Assembly: GCA_963798345.1 (NCBI GenBank) | Contig: CAWCSW010000020.1 | Span: 8,855-72,854 of the forward strand | Direction of reading: 5' to 3' | Source: an uncultured Verrucomicrobiae bacterium | Lineage (GTDB): Bacteria; Verrucomicrobiota; Verrucomicrobiia; Chthoniobacterales; Chthoniobacteraceae | Length of the DNA stretch: 64,000 nucleotides | Shown here: positions 41,201 to 50,422 of the stretch, piece by piece | Layout of the letters: each line of letters opens with the position of its first letter | Position numbering within the stretch: position 1 is the first letter of the stretch | Made by a program: the position numbers and the translations under genes | The notes under the pieces: model-generated | What the model was told of the DNA's origin: nothing | The model's database searches: none | Seen by the model: the letters and a program-made list of their open reading frames with translations, nothing else

Positions 41201-43819
41201 AGCGCTGGGACCAGCACCCCTGGTTGGGTCGAAACGACGCCCGCCTCAGGTGTTTTCACCCTTTCCATCGGAGCGCTCGCGGGCGGAGGCGGAGCCGGCG
41301 CGGCGATTTTTGTGGTGAACCTCGGCAGCCCCGCCGCCGCGGGCCATGAAGCAATATCCAGCTGCGCGACCGTCGGCGACGATGCCACCAACGGGCCAGA
41401 TCCATCCCCTGGCAGCAACACGGCGACCGACAGCGATATTCTCCGTGCGGCGCCCGATTTGGCCGTGACGGTTGACAACGGCGCCAGCGAAGCGACACCC
41501 GGCGCACTCGTCACCTACACGCTCAGCTACCGCAATGACGGAAACCAGAACGCAACCGGAGTGTTTGTCACGCAATCGCTGCCCGTTGGCGCCACGTTCG
41601 ACGCCGCGGCGAGCAGCCCGGGTTGGACCGAAACGACGCCCGGCTCCGGGCTTTTCAAATTGAATCTCGGCGAGGTCGCGGGCGACGGCGGGGGTGGCAG
41701 CGCACTTTTTTCCATCACCATCGATAATCCGGTTGCCGCGGGCCGTGACGAACTCGCGACGCTGGTCGCGATCCGTGACGATGAGGGAAATGGCCCCGAC
41801 GCCACGCCCGCAAACAATACCGCTGCGGACACCGATCTTCTGAACGCAGCGCCGGACCTCGTCCTCAGCGTGAGCGATGGCGTAAGCGTGGTTGTTCCAG
41901 GCGCAACAGTCACCTACGCGCTCGCCTACCGGAATGACGGAGACCAAAATGCAACGGGCGTTTTCCTGACGCAAAGCCTGCCCTCGGGGGCCTCGTTCGT
42001 GGGAGCGTCAAGCAGCCCCGGGTGGACCGAGACGATATCCGGTTCCGGCCTTTATGCGCTGAACATCGGCCTGCTCGCGGGTGGCAGCGCAGAGGGCAGC
42101 GCGCTTTTCGCGGTGCGCCTCGACGACGGGGCCGCCGCGGAGCTCGACCAAATCATCAGCACCGCCACGATCTCCGACGATGGCACGAACGGCCCTGATC
42201 GTGCGCTGGAAAACAATACGGTTTCCGACGCCGATGAACTCGAGGCGGCGCCCGATCTCGCGATCGTTTCTGGCCAGGCGATCATTGCCGGCGCGGACGG
42301 ATGGATGCTGTCGTCAACATTGTCGTATCGGAATCTGGGTAATCAGGAAGCGACCGGTGTGGTCCTGACCGAAATGTTGTCCGCCAACGCCGTTTTCGAT
42401 GCCGCCTCCAGCACTTCTGGCTGGATCGAAACGAGTCCCGGGTCCGGCGTGTTCACACTCGCGGTCAGCGCGTTGCCGAGTGCGGCGAGCGGAAACGCAA
42501 GCTTCGCCTCGACCGTTGCTTATCCCGCGGGCGGCGGAATCGAGGAGTTCGTTGAGAGGTCGATGGTCGCCGACGATGGCGCAAACGGCAGCGATCCAGC
42601 GCCGGAAAACGACACCGAAACTCGGGTCATCTCGCTAATCGCGCCGATGATCAACGCTAAACAACGACGCGCGACTTTCACCGATTCGGACGGCGACCGG
42701 GTCACGGTTTCGGTCAATCGCGGCTCGTTTTCCCCAGCCGACTTTACGCTTTTCGCCCTCGATGGCGGGCCGCTGCACTCGTCAATCAACCTAAGCGACG
42801 ACGGACCGGAATTCGCTCGCGCATCGCTGGAAGTCAAGGCGCGGCGTTCCGCCCCTGGCACGGGCGATGGGCTCGCGCACATCGGCTCGATCGACGCGAC
42901 GGGCATCGACCTCGTTGCCGTCAGCGTCCGGGGCAATCTTGGGCAGATTGATACCGGTGACGGCGATTCGCGCAAGCCGGCGCTCGCGCGCCTCAGCGTT
43001 GGGAGCCTTGGCTCCGATAGCCCCTCGAGTCAGTCCGCCGAAATGCCCGATGCTCTTCACAGCGATTTTGCCGGGAGCTTGAGCACCATGAAAGTGAAAG
43101 GCGACCTGCGAAACGCCGTCGTCGATGTCGCTGGGAATCTCAAAACGGCAATTATCCGCGGCGATCTCGACGGTTCGGCGGGCGGCGCGGAAGCCGGAGT
43201 TCTGCGGGCGGCCGGCGACATTCACAAAGTTCTGATCAAAGGCTCGCTTCTTGGGGGCGCTGAGCGCTCCGGGATTTTTGCCGGCGGAGCGCTCGGCCGC
43301 GTAACCATCGGCGGCGATGTCCGTGGCGCCGACCCCGCGCAGCCGGTGCAGATCGTCGCGCTCGGCGATCTTGAGGCGACGAGCCAGGCGCAGGCGACCG
43401 CGATCGCGGACATTACCGTCAAAGGCAGCGTTGCGTTCGCGCTCATTCTCGCCGGCTACGATCCTGCGCTGACGCCTGTGAATGCGGATGCGAGTATCGG
43501 AAATCTCAAAGTGCTAGGTTCATGGAACGCATCAAGCATCGCGGCTGGCGTCGCAGACGCTACGAATGATGGCTTTGGCAGAAACGACGCCGTCATCTCC
43601 AACGACACGGCCGCAGCAACAATCCTCGCGCGCATCGCCAACATCACCATCAAAGGCGGCGCTACTGGCAGTCCGGCGCCCGGGGATCACTTCGGGATCG
43701 TTGCGGAGCAGATCGGTAAGCTGATCGTGGGCGGGTCCAAATATTCCTTTTCCTCAGGGCCGAACAGCGTGAGCCTGGACGCCGAAAATGATGATTTCCG
43801 CGCCGTGGATTTCGGCTAG
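38282..43819 (+). CDS. Giant surface or secreted repeat protein: about 9 FG-GAP (integrin-alpha-like) repeats, 7 DUF11 repeats, C-terminal beta-roll-like region
   Basis: FG-GAP repeats (GDVNGDGFDDILIGA, GDVNDDGFADVVIAG, and so on). DUF11 repeats (YTLSYRNDGNQDATGVVLTETLPxGATF...GWTET...). No obvious N-terminal signal peptide and no PEP-CTERM tail. The true start may be the internal Met near 38402. Confidence 0.85.
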   Translation: MPDSQSGAIFSHDTFRWDAPPIHRSVAVAKRRPARYCRRRMRVFPPAPEPLESRIAPAFGAVFDVSRLTGANGFEIDGAAERDYTGRSVSSAGDVNGDGFDDILIGAENADANGIYNSGASYVVFGAASGFPAALSLAALDGSNGFRIEGTAQFDRSGSAVSKAGDVNDDGFADVVIAGTTGFYVLFGKQSGFAPSVSLTTLDGQNGFKISGVEMFNNFQSVGAAGDVNGDGFDDVIVGGIYPSNFAGAAYVVFGKADGFAPDLNVSDLTGSNGFRLDGSASGDDAGISVSGAGDMNGDGFDDVIVGAHRAASFSGAAYIVFGKAGGFAASLSLSALNGENGFSLVGVAQGDQAGAAVGIAGDINADGFDDVIIGAPGSDANGDYSGAAYVVFGKARPFAANLSLAALDGANGFRISGANGTRLGSSVSGDGDVNGDGFDDVVAGSYSFGGTHVIYGKAGGFSPELKSAELDGTNGFRIQHPASRADASVAGDINRDGLADIVVSDYLANTNSGGFASGASWVVLGQVQEGIDLRVSITDSAISTMPANSLNYVLDYANTGTIAAAGTVITEVLPTGTSFLPEENPGWAQAGDMLTYQVGSLAPGAGGTAMLLLHTLSPAPAGVAQIISTVAISDNGANGLDRAPSNNIATDANILDAAPELSVALDDGVTATTPGEAGVYTVNYRNDGNQDARGVVLTETLPIGATFDAAASTPGWTETAIGSGVFKLDIGSLAGGGASGVALFAITLGKPAAAGLDEIVSTVGIADDGANGSDPSPANNVATDSDALDAAPDLTIEVTNAINSTAPGSTLAYTLRYRNDGNQDATGVFLSETLPAGAIFSVAGSTDGWTETAPGSHVYTLPVGPLAGGGTGMANFVVILEDVAAAGVEQISSRGSIGDDGANGLDPRPETNTSTDADLLGAAPDLILSVSDGLSAAAPGATLIYTLGYRNEGNQDATGVVLTETLPDGATFSAGTSTPGWVETTPASGVFTLSIGALAGGGGAGAAIFVVNLGSPAAAGHEAISSCATVGDDATNGPDPSPGSNTATDSDILRAAPDLAVTVDNGASEATPGALVTYTLSYRNDGNQNATGVFVTQSLPVGATFDAAASSPGWTETTPGSGLFKLNLGEVAGDGGGGSALFSITIDNPVAAGRDELATLVAIRDDEGNGPDATPANNTAADTDLLNAAPDLVLSVSDGVSVVVPGATVTYALAYRNDGDQNATGVFLTQSLPSGASFVGASSSPGWTETISGSGLYALNIGLLAGGSAEGSALFAVRLDDGAAAELDQIISTATISDDGTNGPDRALENNTVSDADELEAAPDLAIVSGQAIIAGADGWMLSSTLSYRNLGNQEATGVVLTEMLSANAVFDAASSTSGWIETSPGSGVFTLAVSALPSAASGNASFASTVAYPAGGGIEEFVERSMVADDGANGSDPAPENDTETRVISLIAPMINAKQRRATFTDSDGDRVTVSVNRGSFSPADFTLFALDGGPLHSSINLSDDGPEFARASLEVKARRSAPGTGDGLAHIGSIDATGIDLVAVSVRGNLGQIDTGDGDSRKPALARLSVGSLGSDSPSSQSAEMPDALHSDFAGSLSTMKVKGDLRNAVVDVAGNLKTAIIRGDLDGSAGGAEAGVLRAAGDIHKVLIKGSLLGGAERSGIFAGGALGRVTIGGDVRGADPAQPVQIVALGDLEATSQAQATAIADITVKGSVAFALILAGYDPALTPVNADASIGNLKVLGSWNASSIAAGVADATNDGFGRNDAVISNDTAAATILARIANITIKGGATGSPAPGDHFGIVAEQIGKLIVGGSKYSFSSGPNSVSLDAENDDFRAVDFG
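39900..42600 (+). repeat. Tandem array of about 390-bp coding repeats (DUF11 domain units) inside the giant protein gene
   Basis: The anchor ...Y(R/A)N(D/E)GNQ(D/N)ATGV(V/F)LTE(T/S)LPxGA(T/I)F...PGWTET... recurs 7 times at roughly 130-aa spacing. Confidence 0.6.
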
Positions 43820-44049
43820 CGGAAAGGAGCGCGTTGTTGGGTTTAACAATCGTATTGAAGGTCCAAGCGTTGAAATCTGGCGAGATCCCCGGCCGTCCAT
43901 TGATCTCGTCGCTGCTCAAATGCCGCCACTCGGTTTGGGATGGCCGACGATGACGCAAAGGTGGCGCAGGCACCTGCCAGTTGGCGAGGGAACCGCCGCT
44001 GACAAAAAATCTCCTGACGGGGCGAAAATCTTCAAGGCGGTCGTGAGGT

Positions 44050-46245
44050 TTGACCAAAAAGCGCAGTAACGTAGCATCGCGGTTACCTGTGGTGCGGAGA
44101 CGTTCCCGCATCCGTTCACCTGTGATTTCAAAAAGCATCGCCTCGAGTCCATCCGGAAACGCGCGTCCCAGGCCCGCGCGCTCGTTCGCGGCTCTCCTAC
44201 CAAAGGCGCGCCGGCACCTGCGGCTCGCGATGCTTCTTTTGATTTTGTGCGCTTTTGGTGGCCTGAACTATTACGTGTACCATCGCCCGTTCTATTACGC
44301 GAAAGCGCTGGTTCGACCGGTCATTTCCCCACTGGCGCCCGAAAGCGAAACACCAGCCGGCCGCGCGGCCAAGCGGCAGGAAATCGAAAGGGATCTGCAA
44401 TCGGCGCCGACCGTCGAACAGGCGGCGAAACAGCTGGGCCTTTCCGGCAGTGCGCGCGAGGTGCGGATGACGAGAGTCTTCGATACCCGCGTTCGTCCGA
44501 ATCAACAGGATGATCTCGAGGTGGAAGTATGGGCCGCTTCGCCCGACCTGGCGAACCGCTGGGCTCGCGCGCTGGTTGAGGGGATGAGCGCCGCCGCGAT
44601 GGAAAGGCGCGCCCGGGAAGCACGGAGTATCACGAACGGTTATGCTCGCGAAGTACGGATTGTGGCGGCGCACCTGGGCCGGCCTTTGCCCGACGATTTT
44701 ATCATCGAATCGCCGACTGATATCAGCAGAGCATGGGAAAGGCTGCGGGCGGACGACAACCTGCCGGCCCGGATATCCCACCTGACCGAACGCATTGAAG
44801 ACATGGACCGCCTCCGCGCTCAGTTGGAAGATCCCGGACTCGACACGGCCACGCGGCTGATGCTGCTCACACAGACCGACAACGGCCAAAGTAAATCCCC
44901 GGGGCCTTCGCCACAGCAAAGTGGCGTGGCCGCGCAAGCGGCATGGGCCGAAACGGTGCGGGAGCGGGACAGCCTGGCCCTGGTAATTGTCACGATGATT
45001 CGCGAAGGAAAAAAGAGTGGTTCGCAACTGCGCGATTTGCAGAAGCAGCTGCGCGATGTGGACGACAAACTGCAGACGGAAATGCAGACGGCGCAGGCGG
45101 CTTTCGACAGCCGGTATGCAGGACTGAAAAACGAGAAAGCCGGCCTCGAAAGCGAACTTGCGGCGGACCCTCACTTCAGTCCCCACCTGCTCCCGGGGAA
45201 CGCCGACCCCGCGATTTTTTCGCTTTCCAAGCCAGCATGGGACGGGATGGCCGCTGAATTCCAACGCAAGTTGTCAGCCCTCGAGGCGGAGTGGGACGGG
45301 CAACAGTCGAGCGCGACGTATCTTTGGACTTTGAGCAACGCGGTGGAGCCGGTCTGGCCACAAATCGGTCCGGTAATGATCGCGGCGCTGAGCCTGGGCC
45401 TCGTGCTGGCGGCCGCAGTCCCTCTTTTTCTGGCCTGGCGCGAAGACACCTATTCGAGCCTCGATGCAGTAGAAAGCGCCTTGGGATTGCGCGGGCTCGG
45501 GGTGATACCTGAGCTCGATCGTTTGACACCCCTGGCACGGATGGATCAGCCGCCAGACATCGATGACGGTTTGGTGGAAGGTTTCCATCTCATCCGTGGA
45601 AAGCTTGTCGCGCGCGCCGCGCTGTCGACCGCGCCGCGCGTGCTGATGGTCACCAGCGCCACCCCTGGAGAAGGCAAAACCATGGCGGCCGCGCAACTCG
45701 CCGCCGCCTTCGCCCACAACGGAGCACGTACATTGCTGGTCGATGGCGACGTGAGCACCGGGGTGGTGCATCGCCTCTTCGGTCGTCGTCGAACACCCGG
45801 CCTCGTGGACGTATTGCTGGAAGAAAGCGGTTGGGATCATGCCTGCCGGACCACCCGCATCCCGAATCTCTGGTTACTGGCCGCGGGAGCGCGGGAAATC
45901 GATGGTGCCCAATTCATGCAATCGTCGATTCTGCGCGAAGGGCTCGAAGTTTTGCGCAAAGAGTATGATCACATCATCATCGACACCCCGGCCGTACTGG
46001 GTCGGTCAGAGGCAGTTCTTTTGCAGCGGCAGGTCGATGGCGTCGTAATGATCATTTCGAGCACCCACACGCCGGTGCCCCAGGTCGAAGCCGCCATCGA
46101 AATGCTCCAGGCTGCTGGGGCAAACATCTACGGCTTTATCCTGAACCGGCTCGATCCCTCAGCGACCCGGCAATACTTCCGATCGCGCAGCGAGGAGCAC
46201 GATTACGTGATCCCCTACGCCACCGAAGCGCTCAAGGGTGGGTAG
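44050..46245 (+). CDS. Polysaccharide co-polymerase / BY-kinase (Wzc/GumC-like chain-length determinant with C-terminal P-loop tyrosine-kinase domain)
   Basis: N-terminal TM, a long coiled-coil periplasmic region, a second TM (IGPVMIAALSLGLVLAAAVPLFLAW), and a C-terminal Walker A VTSATPGEGKTMAAAQLAAAFA with DxD (LLVDGDV). Confidence 0.8.
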   Translation: MTKKRSNVASRLPVVRRRSRIRSPVISKSIASSPSGNARPRPARSFAALLPKARRHLRLAMLLLILCAFGGLNYYVYHRPFYYAKALVRPVISPLAPESETPAGRAAKRQEIERDLQSAPTVEQAAKQLGLSGSAREVRMTRVFDTRVRPNQQDDLEVEVWAASPDLANRWARALVEGMSAAAMERRAREARSITNGYAREVRIVAAHLGRPLPDDFIIESPTDISRAWERLRADDNLPARISHLTERIEDMDRLRAQLEDPGLDTATRLMLLTQTDNGQSKSPGPSPQQSGVAAQAAWAETVRERDSLALVIVTMIREGKKSGSQLRDLQKQLRDVDDKLQTEMQTAQAAFDSRYAGLKNEKAGLESELAADPHFSPHLLPGNADPAIFSLSKPAWDGMAAEFQRKLSALEAEWDGQQSSATYLWTLSNAVEPVWPQIGPVMIAALSLGLVLAAAVPLFLAWREDTYSSLDAVESALGLRGLGVIPELDRLTPLARMDQPPDIDDGLVEGFHLIRGKLVARAALSTAPRVLMVTSATPGEGKTMAAAQLAAAFAHNGARTLLVDGDVSTGVVHRLFGRRRTPGLVDVLLEESGWDHACRTTRIPNLWLLAAGAREIDGAQFMQSSILREGLEVLRKEYDHIIIDTPAVLGRSEAVLLQRQVDGVVMIISSTHTPVPQVEAAIEMLQAAGANIYGFILNRLDPSATRQYFRSRSEEHDYVIPYATEALKGG

Positions 46246-46388
46246 GCGGTCGCGGCCGGGCGGCTTTAGTCGGAGGAACGCCGAAAGGATTGTGTAATCC
46301 ATGCGGCCGAAAAAAACTTCGCCCTTCCGACCATTGACACCGGAGGGGGAAGCCCCAGAACTGGGTTTCGCCGTTTAAAAACCCAACT

Positions 46389-47054
46389 GTGAAAACGAAA
46401 CCGTTTCTTACCATCATCTCACTGATTTTCGTTTCCACTTCGCTGCGAGCAGATGTCGCGGCTGACAATTTCTGGCCCAATCCAACGTTTGAGCTCGGCA
46501 TTGATCTCGATATGGCAACTGGCACGCCCGACTTCTGGAACCGCGGCGGCGCTGATGGCAGCATCCTGCAGTCGTCCACAGAAAATGCGGTAAGTCCGAC
46601 GCACTCTCTGGCGATTAACAAGCCGTTTGCGGGACCCTATGGCGAATGGTATTCCGATCTTCCCCTCATCGGCCTGGCCGGCTTCGGCGACACCGTCAGC
46701 CTGCACTGGCACGAGATTTACAGCATCAGCGGTGGTGAGATGCGCCTGACAGTGCGGTTTCTGGATGGAGCCGGCAACGGCCCCGACAATCATTTCGTCG
46801 TGTCCGGTGATAGCAGCGGATGGTTGGGGAGCGCCACGGACTCGACCTTTACCGTCCGTGACGAGCAGTTGGTGATCAATACGTTGGACGCAGTCACAAT
46901 GCGCATCCAATTGGTTTCCGGCGGTGGAGATTCCACGACCGGCATCTATCTGATTGACGATCTTGTCGTCGTGCCAGAACCATCGAGCATGGCGATGCTT
47001 TCAATGGGCGGCCTGGGTCTGATGCGTCGCCGCGGGAAGATCGCGGCTTCCTAA
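46389..47054 (+). CDS. PEP-CTERM sorting-domain protein (exosortase substrate)
   Basis: Signal peptide MKTKPFLTIISLIFVSTSLRA. C-terminal VVPEPSSMAMLSMGGLGLMRRRGK is a PEP motif plus TM plus basic tail. Confidence 0.75.
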   Translation: MKTKPFLTIISLIFVSTSLRADVAADNFWPNPTFELGIDLDMATGTPDFWNRGGADGSILQSSTENAVSPTHSLAINKPFAGPYGEWYSDLPLIGLAGFGDTVSLHWHEIYSISGGEMRLTVRFLDGAGNGPDNHFVVSGDSSGWLGSATDSTFTVRDEQLVINTLDAVTMRIQLVSGGGDSTTGIYLIDDLVVVPEPSSMAMLSMGGLGLMRRRGKIAAS

Positions 47055-47370
47055 AGAATCTTCGGAGCTGCTGCCAGCATCCTGATCCTCGGGGCTGACC
47101 ATCGATGGAGCGCCGCTCGGAGATGCCCCTGCTTGAGCGTTGAACGTTGGACGTTCTCACTGACCCGAACAACGTGGGGATGCGTACGGAAAATCAAGCG
47201 CCTCGAACATTTGCCCAAAGATTTCCTTTGCAAAGTCAATCGAGTGGTGTCTCGTCCCCGCCCCGCGCAAGCAAATCCATAATCGTCCCCGTTGGTCCTC
47301 GGGCGGTCTTCAACTGAAGATTCGCCGATTGCGCCGAGGGAAACCCGGGCGACTCAAACACCCAATACCT

Positions 47371-48399
47371 ATGCCTGTTCGCCTCGGCCGTTTTGAAATG
47401 CCGAAAGGTCTCGCCAAAGATGAGACCTCCCGCACCGACACCTACGCCAAGTTCATCGCTGAGCCCTTTGATGCCGGCTACGGCCACACCGTCGGAAATT
47501 CCCTCCGCCGCGTGCTCCTCAGCTCGATCGAGGGTGCCGCCATCACCACCGTCCGCATCGAGGGTGCCCATCACGAATTCCAAACCCTTCCCCATGTGGT
47601 CGAGGACGTGACCGACATCATTCTGAACCTGAAGAAGGTGAAGTTTACCGCCGTCGATCACGAGCAGCGCGCACCCTGACGCATCAGCGTCAACAAGGAA
47701 GGCGACGTGACCGCCGCCGACATCGAAGAGCAGCAGGGCATCGAAGTCGTCAACAAGAAGCAGCACATCTGCACGCTCGACAAGAAGACCAAATTTGAAG
47801 CCGAGCTCGACCGTGCGGCTCGGTCGCGGATTCGCCACCGGCGACGAAAACAAATTTGCGGACATGCCGATCGGCGTGATTCCGATCGACTCGATCTTCT
47901 CGCCCGTTACCCGCGTCAAATATGACGTCGGCAATACCCGCGTCGGCCAGCGGACCGACTACGACAAGCTGGAACTCGAAGTCTGGACCGATGGCCGCAT
48001 CACGCCCGGAGGACGCCGCTGGTGCAGGCCTCGTCGATTTTGAAGAAGCACTTCGAGCCGTTCTATGCACTACGACGAGAATGCGGTGCAGTTCGACGAG
48101 ACGCCGCAGGCGCAGAACCAGGAAAATCAGAAGCTCAAGAAGCTGCTCAACATGAGCGTCAACGAGATCGAGCTTTCCGTGCGCGCGGCCAACTGCCTCA
48201 ACAACGCGAACATCACGACCGTGGGCCAGCTGGCGCATGAAGATCGGAAGCCGAGATGCTCAAGTATCGCAACTTCGGCAAGAAATCGCTCAACGAAATC
48301 AAAGACAAACTGCAACAGCTCGGCCTGGGTCTGGGAGCGAAGTTCGAGGCCGGCCTGGTGGAACCCAATCTGACCGAGACCAGCCTGACGGGTGTCTAA
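47371..48399 (+). pseudogene. rpoA: DNA-directed RNA polymerase alpha subunit (rpoA) reading through at least 5 frame changes
   Basis: rpoA-homologous segments lie in successive frames: 47371-47679 ([33 protein letters not shown]), about 47680-47820 ([35 protein letters not shown]), 47820-48010 ([12 protein letters not shown]...[17 protein letters not shown]...[20 protein letters not shown]), about 48010-48060 ([12 protein letters not shown]), 48065-48245 (alpha-[31 protein letters not shown]), and 48241-48399 ([20 protein letters not shown]). Confidence 0.7.
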
Positions 48400-48435
48400 A
48401 CCCCGAGCTTTCGGCTAAATAAAGATTCACGACCT

Positions 48436-48999
48436 ATGCGTCATAGACGACACAATATTAAACTCGGCCGCAGTCAGGCTCATCGCAACGCCCTGCTGTC
48501 GAATCTCGCCGTCAGTTTGATCTGGCACGATCGCATCAAAACCACGGTGGCCAAGGCCAAGGCCGTTCGCCCCTACGTCGAGAAACTGGTGACCAAAGCC
48601 AAGAAAGACACGCTCCATGCGCGCCGCCTGGTGCTGGCGGAACTGCGCCACAATGTGCGCGCCATGAAGCTGCTTTTCAGCAAAGTCGCTCCGCGTTGCG
48701 CCAATCGGCAGGGAGGCTACACCCGTATTCTCAAGCTCGGACCGCGTCCTGGTGATGCCGCACCGATGGCCTTACTGGAATGGGTCGATTTCGCCCCTGA
48801 GGAAGTAACCGCGACTCCGGAAAAATCTGCGGCGGGCAAGAAACCAGCGGTGAAGAAAACGGCCTCGAAGAAGACGACGGCAAAAGCTTCCTCCGAAGAA
48901 GCCAGCGAAGCTGAATCCGAGCCAGCAAAAAAGAAGGCGGCTCCCAAAAAGCCAAAGGCGAAAAAAGCTGCGGCGTCCGAAGAGGGCGAAGAGAAGTAG
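48436..48999 (+). CDS. rplQ: 50S ribosomal protein L17 with Lys/Ala-rich C-terminal extension
   Basis: MRHRRHNIKLGRSQAHRNALLSNLAVSLIWHDRIKTTVAKAKAVRPYVEKLVTKAK...GGYTRILKLGPRPGD. Intact. Standard rpoA-rplQ order. Confidence 0.9.
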   Translation: MRHRRHNIKLGRSQAHRNALLSNLAVSLIWHDRIKTTVAKAKAVRPYVEKLVTKAKKDTLHARRLVLAELRHNVRAMKLLFSKVAPRCANRQGGYTRILKLGPRPGDAAPMALLEWVDFAPEEVTATPEKSAAGKKPAVKKTASKKTTAKASSEEASEAESEPAKKKAAPKKPKAKKAAASEEGEEK

Positions 49000-49041
49000 C
49001 AGCGACACCTGCCTCAGGCGGAATCAGGAAATTAATGCAGG

Positions 49042-49063
49042 GGCGAATCGGCAACGGTTCGCC
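49042..49063 (+). terminator. Candidate stem-loop terminator after rplQ
   Basis: GGCGAA-tcggcaacgg-TTCGCC 6-bp stem, followed by ucucgcauuu. Confidence 0.35.
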
Positions 49064-49197
49064 TCTCGCATTTACGGACAGAACGTTGTTTCGGGAAGAA
49101 ACGGGCTGGGGACGAAACCAGACGAAGGCGGTGACTTTGCGCTTTGGAGCGAAAGGTCCAGCGCCTACAAAGAGGAGTTGAGCCCTTAAGTTGCCTC

Positions 49198-50223
49198 ATG
49201 AAAAATGTCACCCCTCCGCAGATCGATCTCTCAAAATTCAATCCCCGTTGGGTCATCCGTGGTGCGATCGTGATCCTCGTTTTGTGGGCGTTGATCTCGT
49301 GCTACTCGACGGTCCCCGCGGATTCACAGGGAGTGCTGGTGCGCCTGGGCCAATATCACGACACCGTGAAATCAGGCCTCTGCTTCAAGCTCCCGTTGGG
49401 AATCGATCAACTTATCCTCGTGGCAGTCGAGCGTCAGCAGAAGCTCGAGTTTGGCTTTGGCACGCGCGGCGCGACAAATGAGTCTCAATACAATTCCAGC
49501 CCCGACGAACAGGAGGCCGAACAAAGCATGGTTACGGGGGACCTGAACATGGCGAACGTCGAATGGGTGGTGCAGTATCGCATTGAGGACGCCAGGGCCT
49601 GGCTTTTCCACGTCGAGAATCCCGGAGACACTCTACGCGCCGCCACGGAGTCCGCCATGCGAGAGGTAATTGGCGATCGCACCGTGGATGAAGTGCTGAC
49701 CATTGGCCGCCAGGACATCGAGAACCAGTGCCTGCTGCGTTTGAAAGAACTGGCCGAACTCTACGGCCTTGGCGTCCGGATCATGCAGGTGCAGTTGAAA
49801 AACGTGCATCCCCCAGCGCCGGTGCAGGCTTCCTTCAACGAGGTGAACCAGGCGCAGCAGGAAAAGGAACAGCAGATCAACCTGGCCAATGGTGAATACA
49901 ACAAGGCTGTGCCGAAAGCGCGTGGCGAGGCGGAACAAAGACTGAGCGAGGCGGAGGGCTACGCCCTCAAACGCGTGAACGAAGCAGAGGGCGACGCCGG
50001 GCGCTTCAAGGCACTGCTGACCGAGTATCTCAAAGCTCGGGAAGTTACCCGCCAGCGGCTCTATTTCGAAACGATGAAAGATGTGCTCCCGGCGATGGGT
50101 CGGAAAATTATCATCGATGACCAGGGAAGTTCCGTGCTCCCCTTGCTAAACCTCGATCGCGCGGGCGCTGAGGTGAGTCCGCCCGGAGGAACCAGTTTTC
50201 CGCCGACGCGGAGGGCCGAGTGA
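49198..50223 (+). CDS. SPFH/band-7 family protein, HflK-like
   Basis: N-terminal TM (WVIRGAIVILVLWALISCY). FKLPLGIDQLILVAVERQQKLEF... and coiled-coil C-terminal typical of HflK/HflC. ATG at 49198. No hflC partner follows. Confidence 0.7.
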   Translation: MKNVTPPQIDLSKFNPRWVIRGAIVILVLWALISCYSTVPADSQGVLVRLGQYHDTVKSGLCFKLPLGIDQLILVAVERQQKLEFGFGTRGATNESQYNSSPDEQEAEQSMVTGDLNMANVEWVVQYRIEDARAWLFHVENPGDTLRAATESAMREVIGDRTVDEVLTIGRQDIENQCLLRLKELAELYGLGVRIMQVQLKNVHPPAPVQASFNEVNQAQQEKEQQINLANGEYNKAVPKARGEAEQRLSEAEGYALKRVNEAEGDAGRFKALLTEYLKAREVTRQRLYFETMKDVLPAMGRKIIIDDQGSSVLPLLNLDRAGAEVSPPGGTSFPPTRRAE

Positions 50224-50422
50224 ATAGTTGTTCATCGGAACGATGGGCTTTCCACCACCGGCAATGGACGTGACCGTGCTGCCTTGGGTTTCAATTTCGC
50301 CGTAAGGCACGCCGGGACCGCAAGGCATAGCAGGGCAGCGCTTTCGCTTTGAGCCGGGTCCTTCGACTCCGGCGCTGGGCGCCTCAGCTCGGGATGACTC
50401 CCTCAGCCTGCGATCGCTCTCG

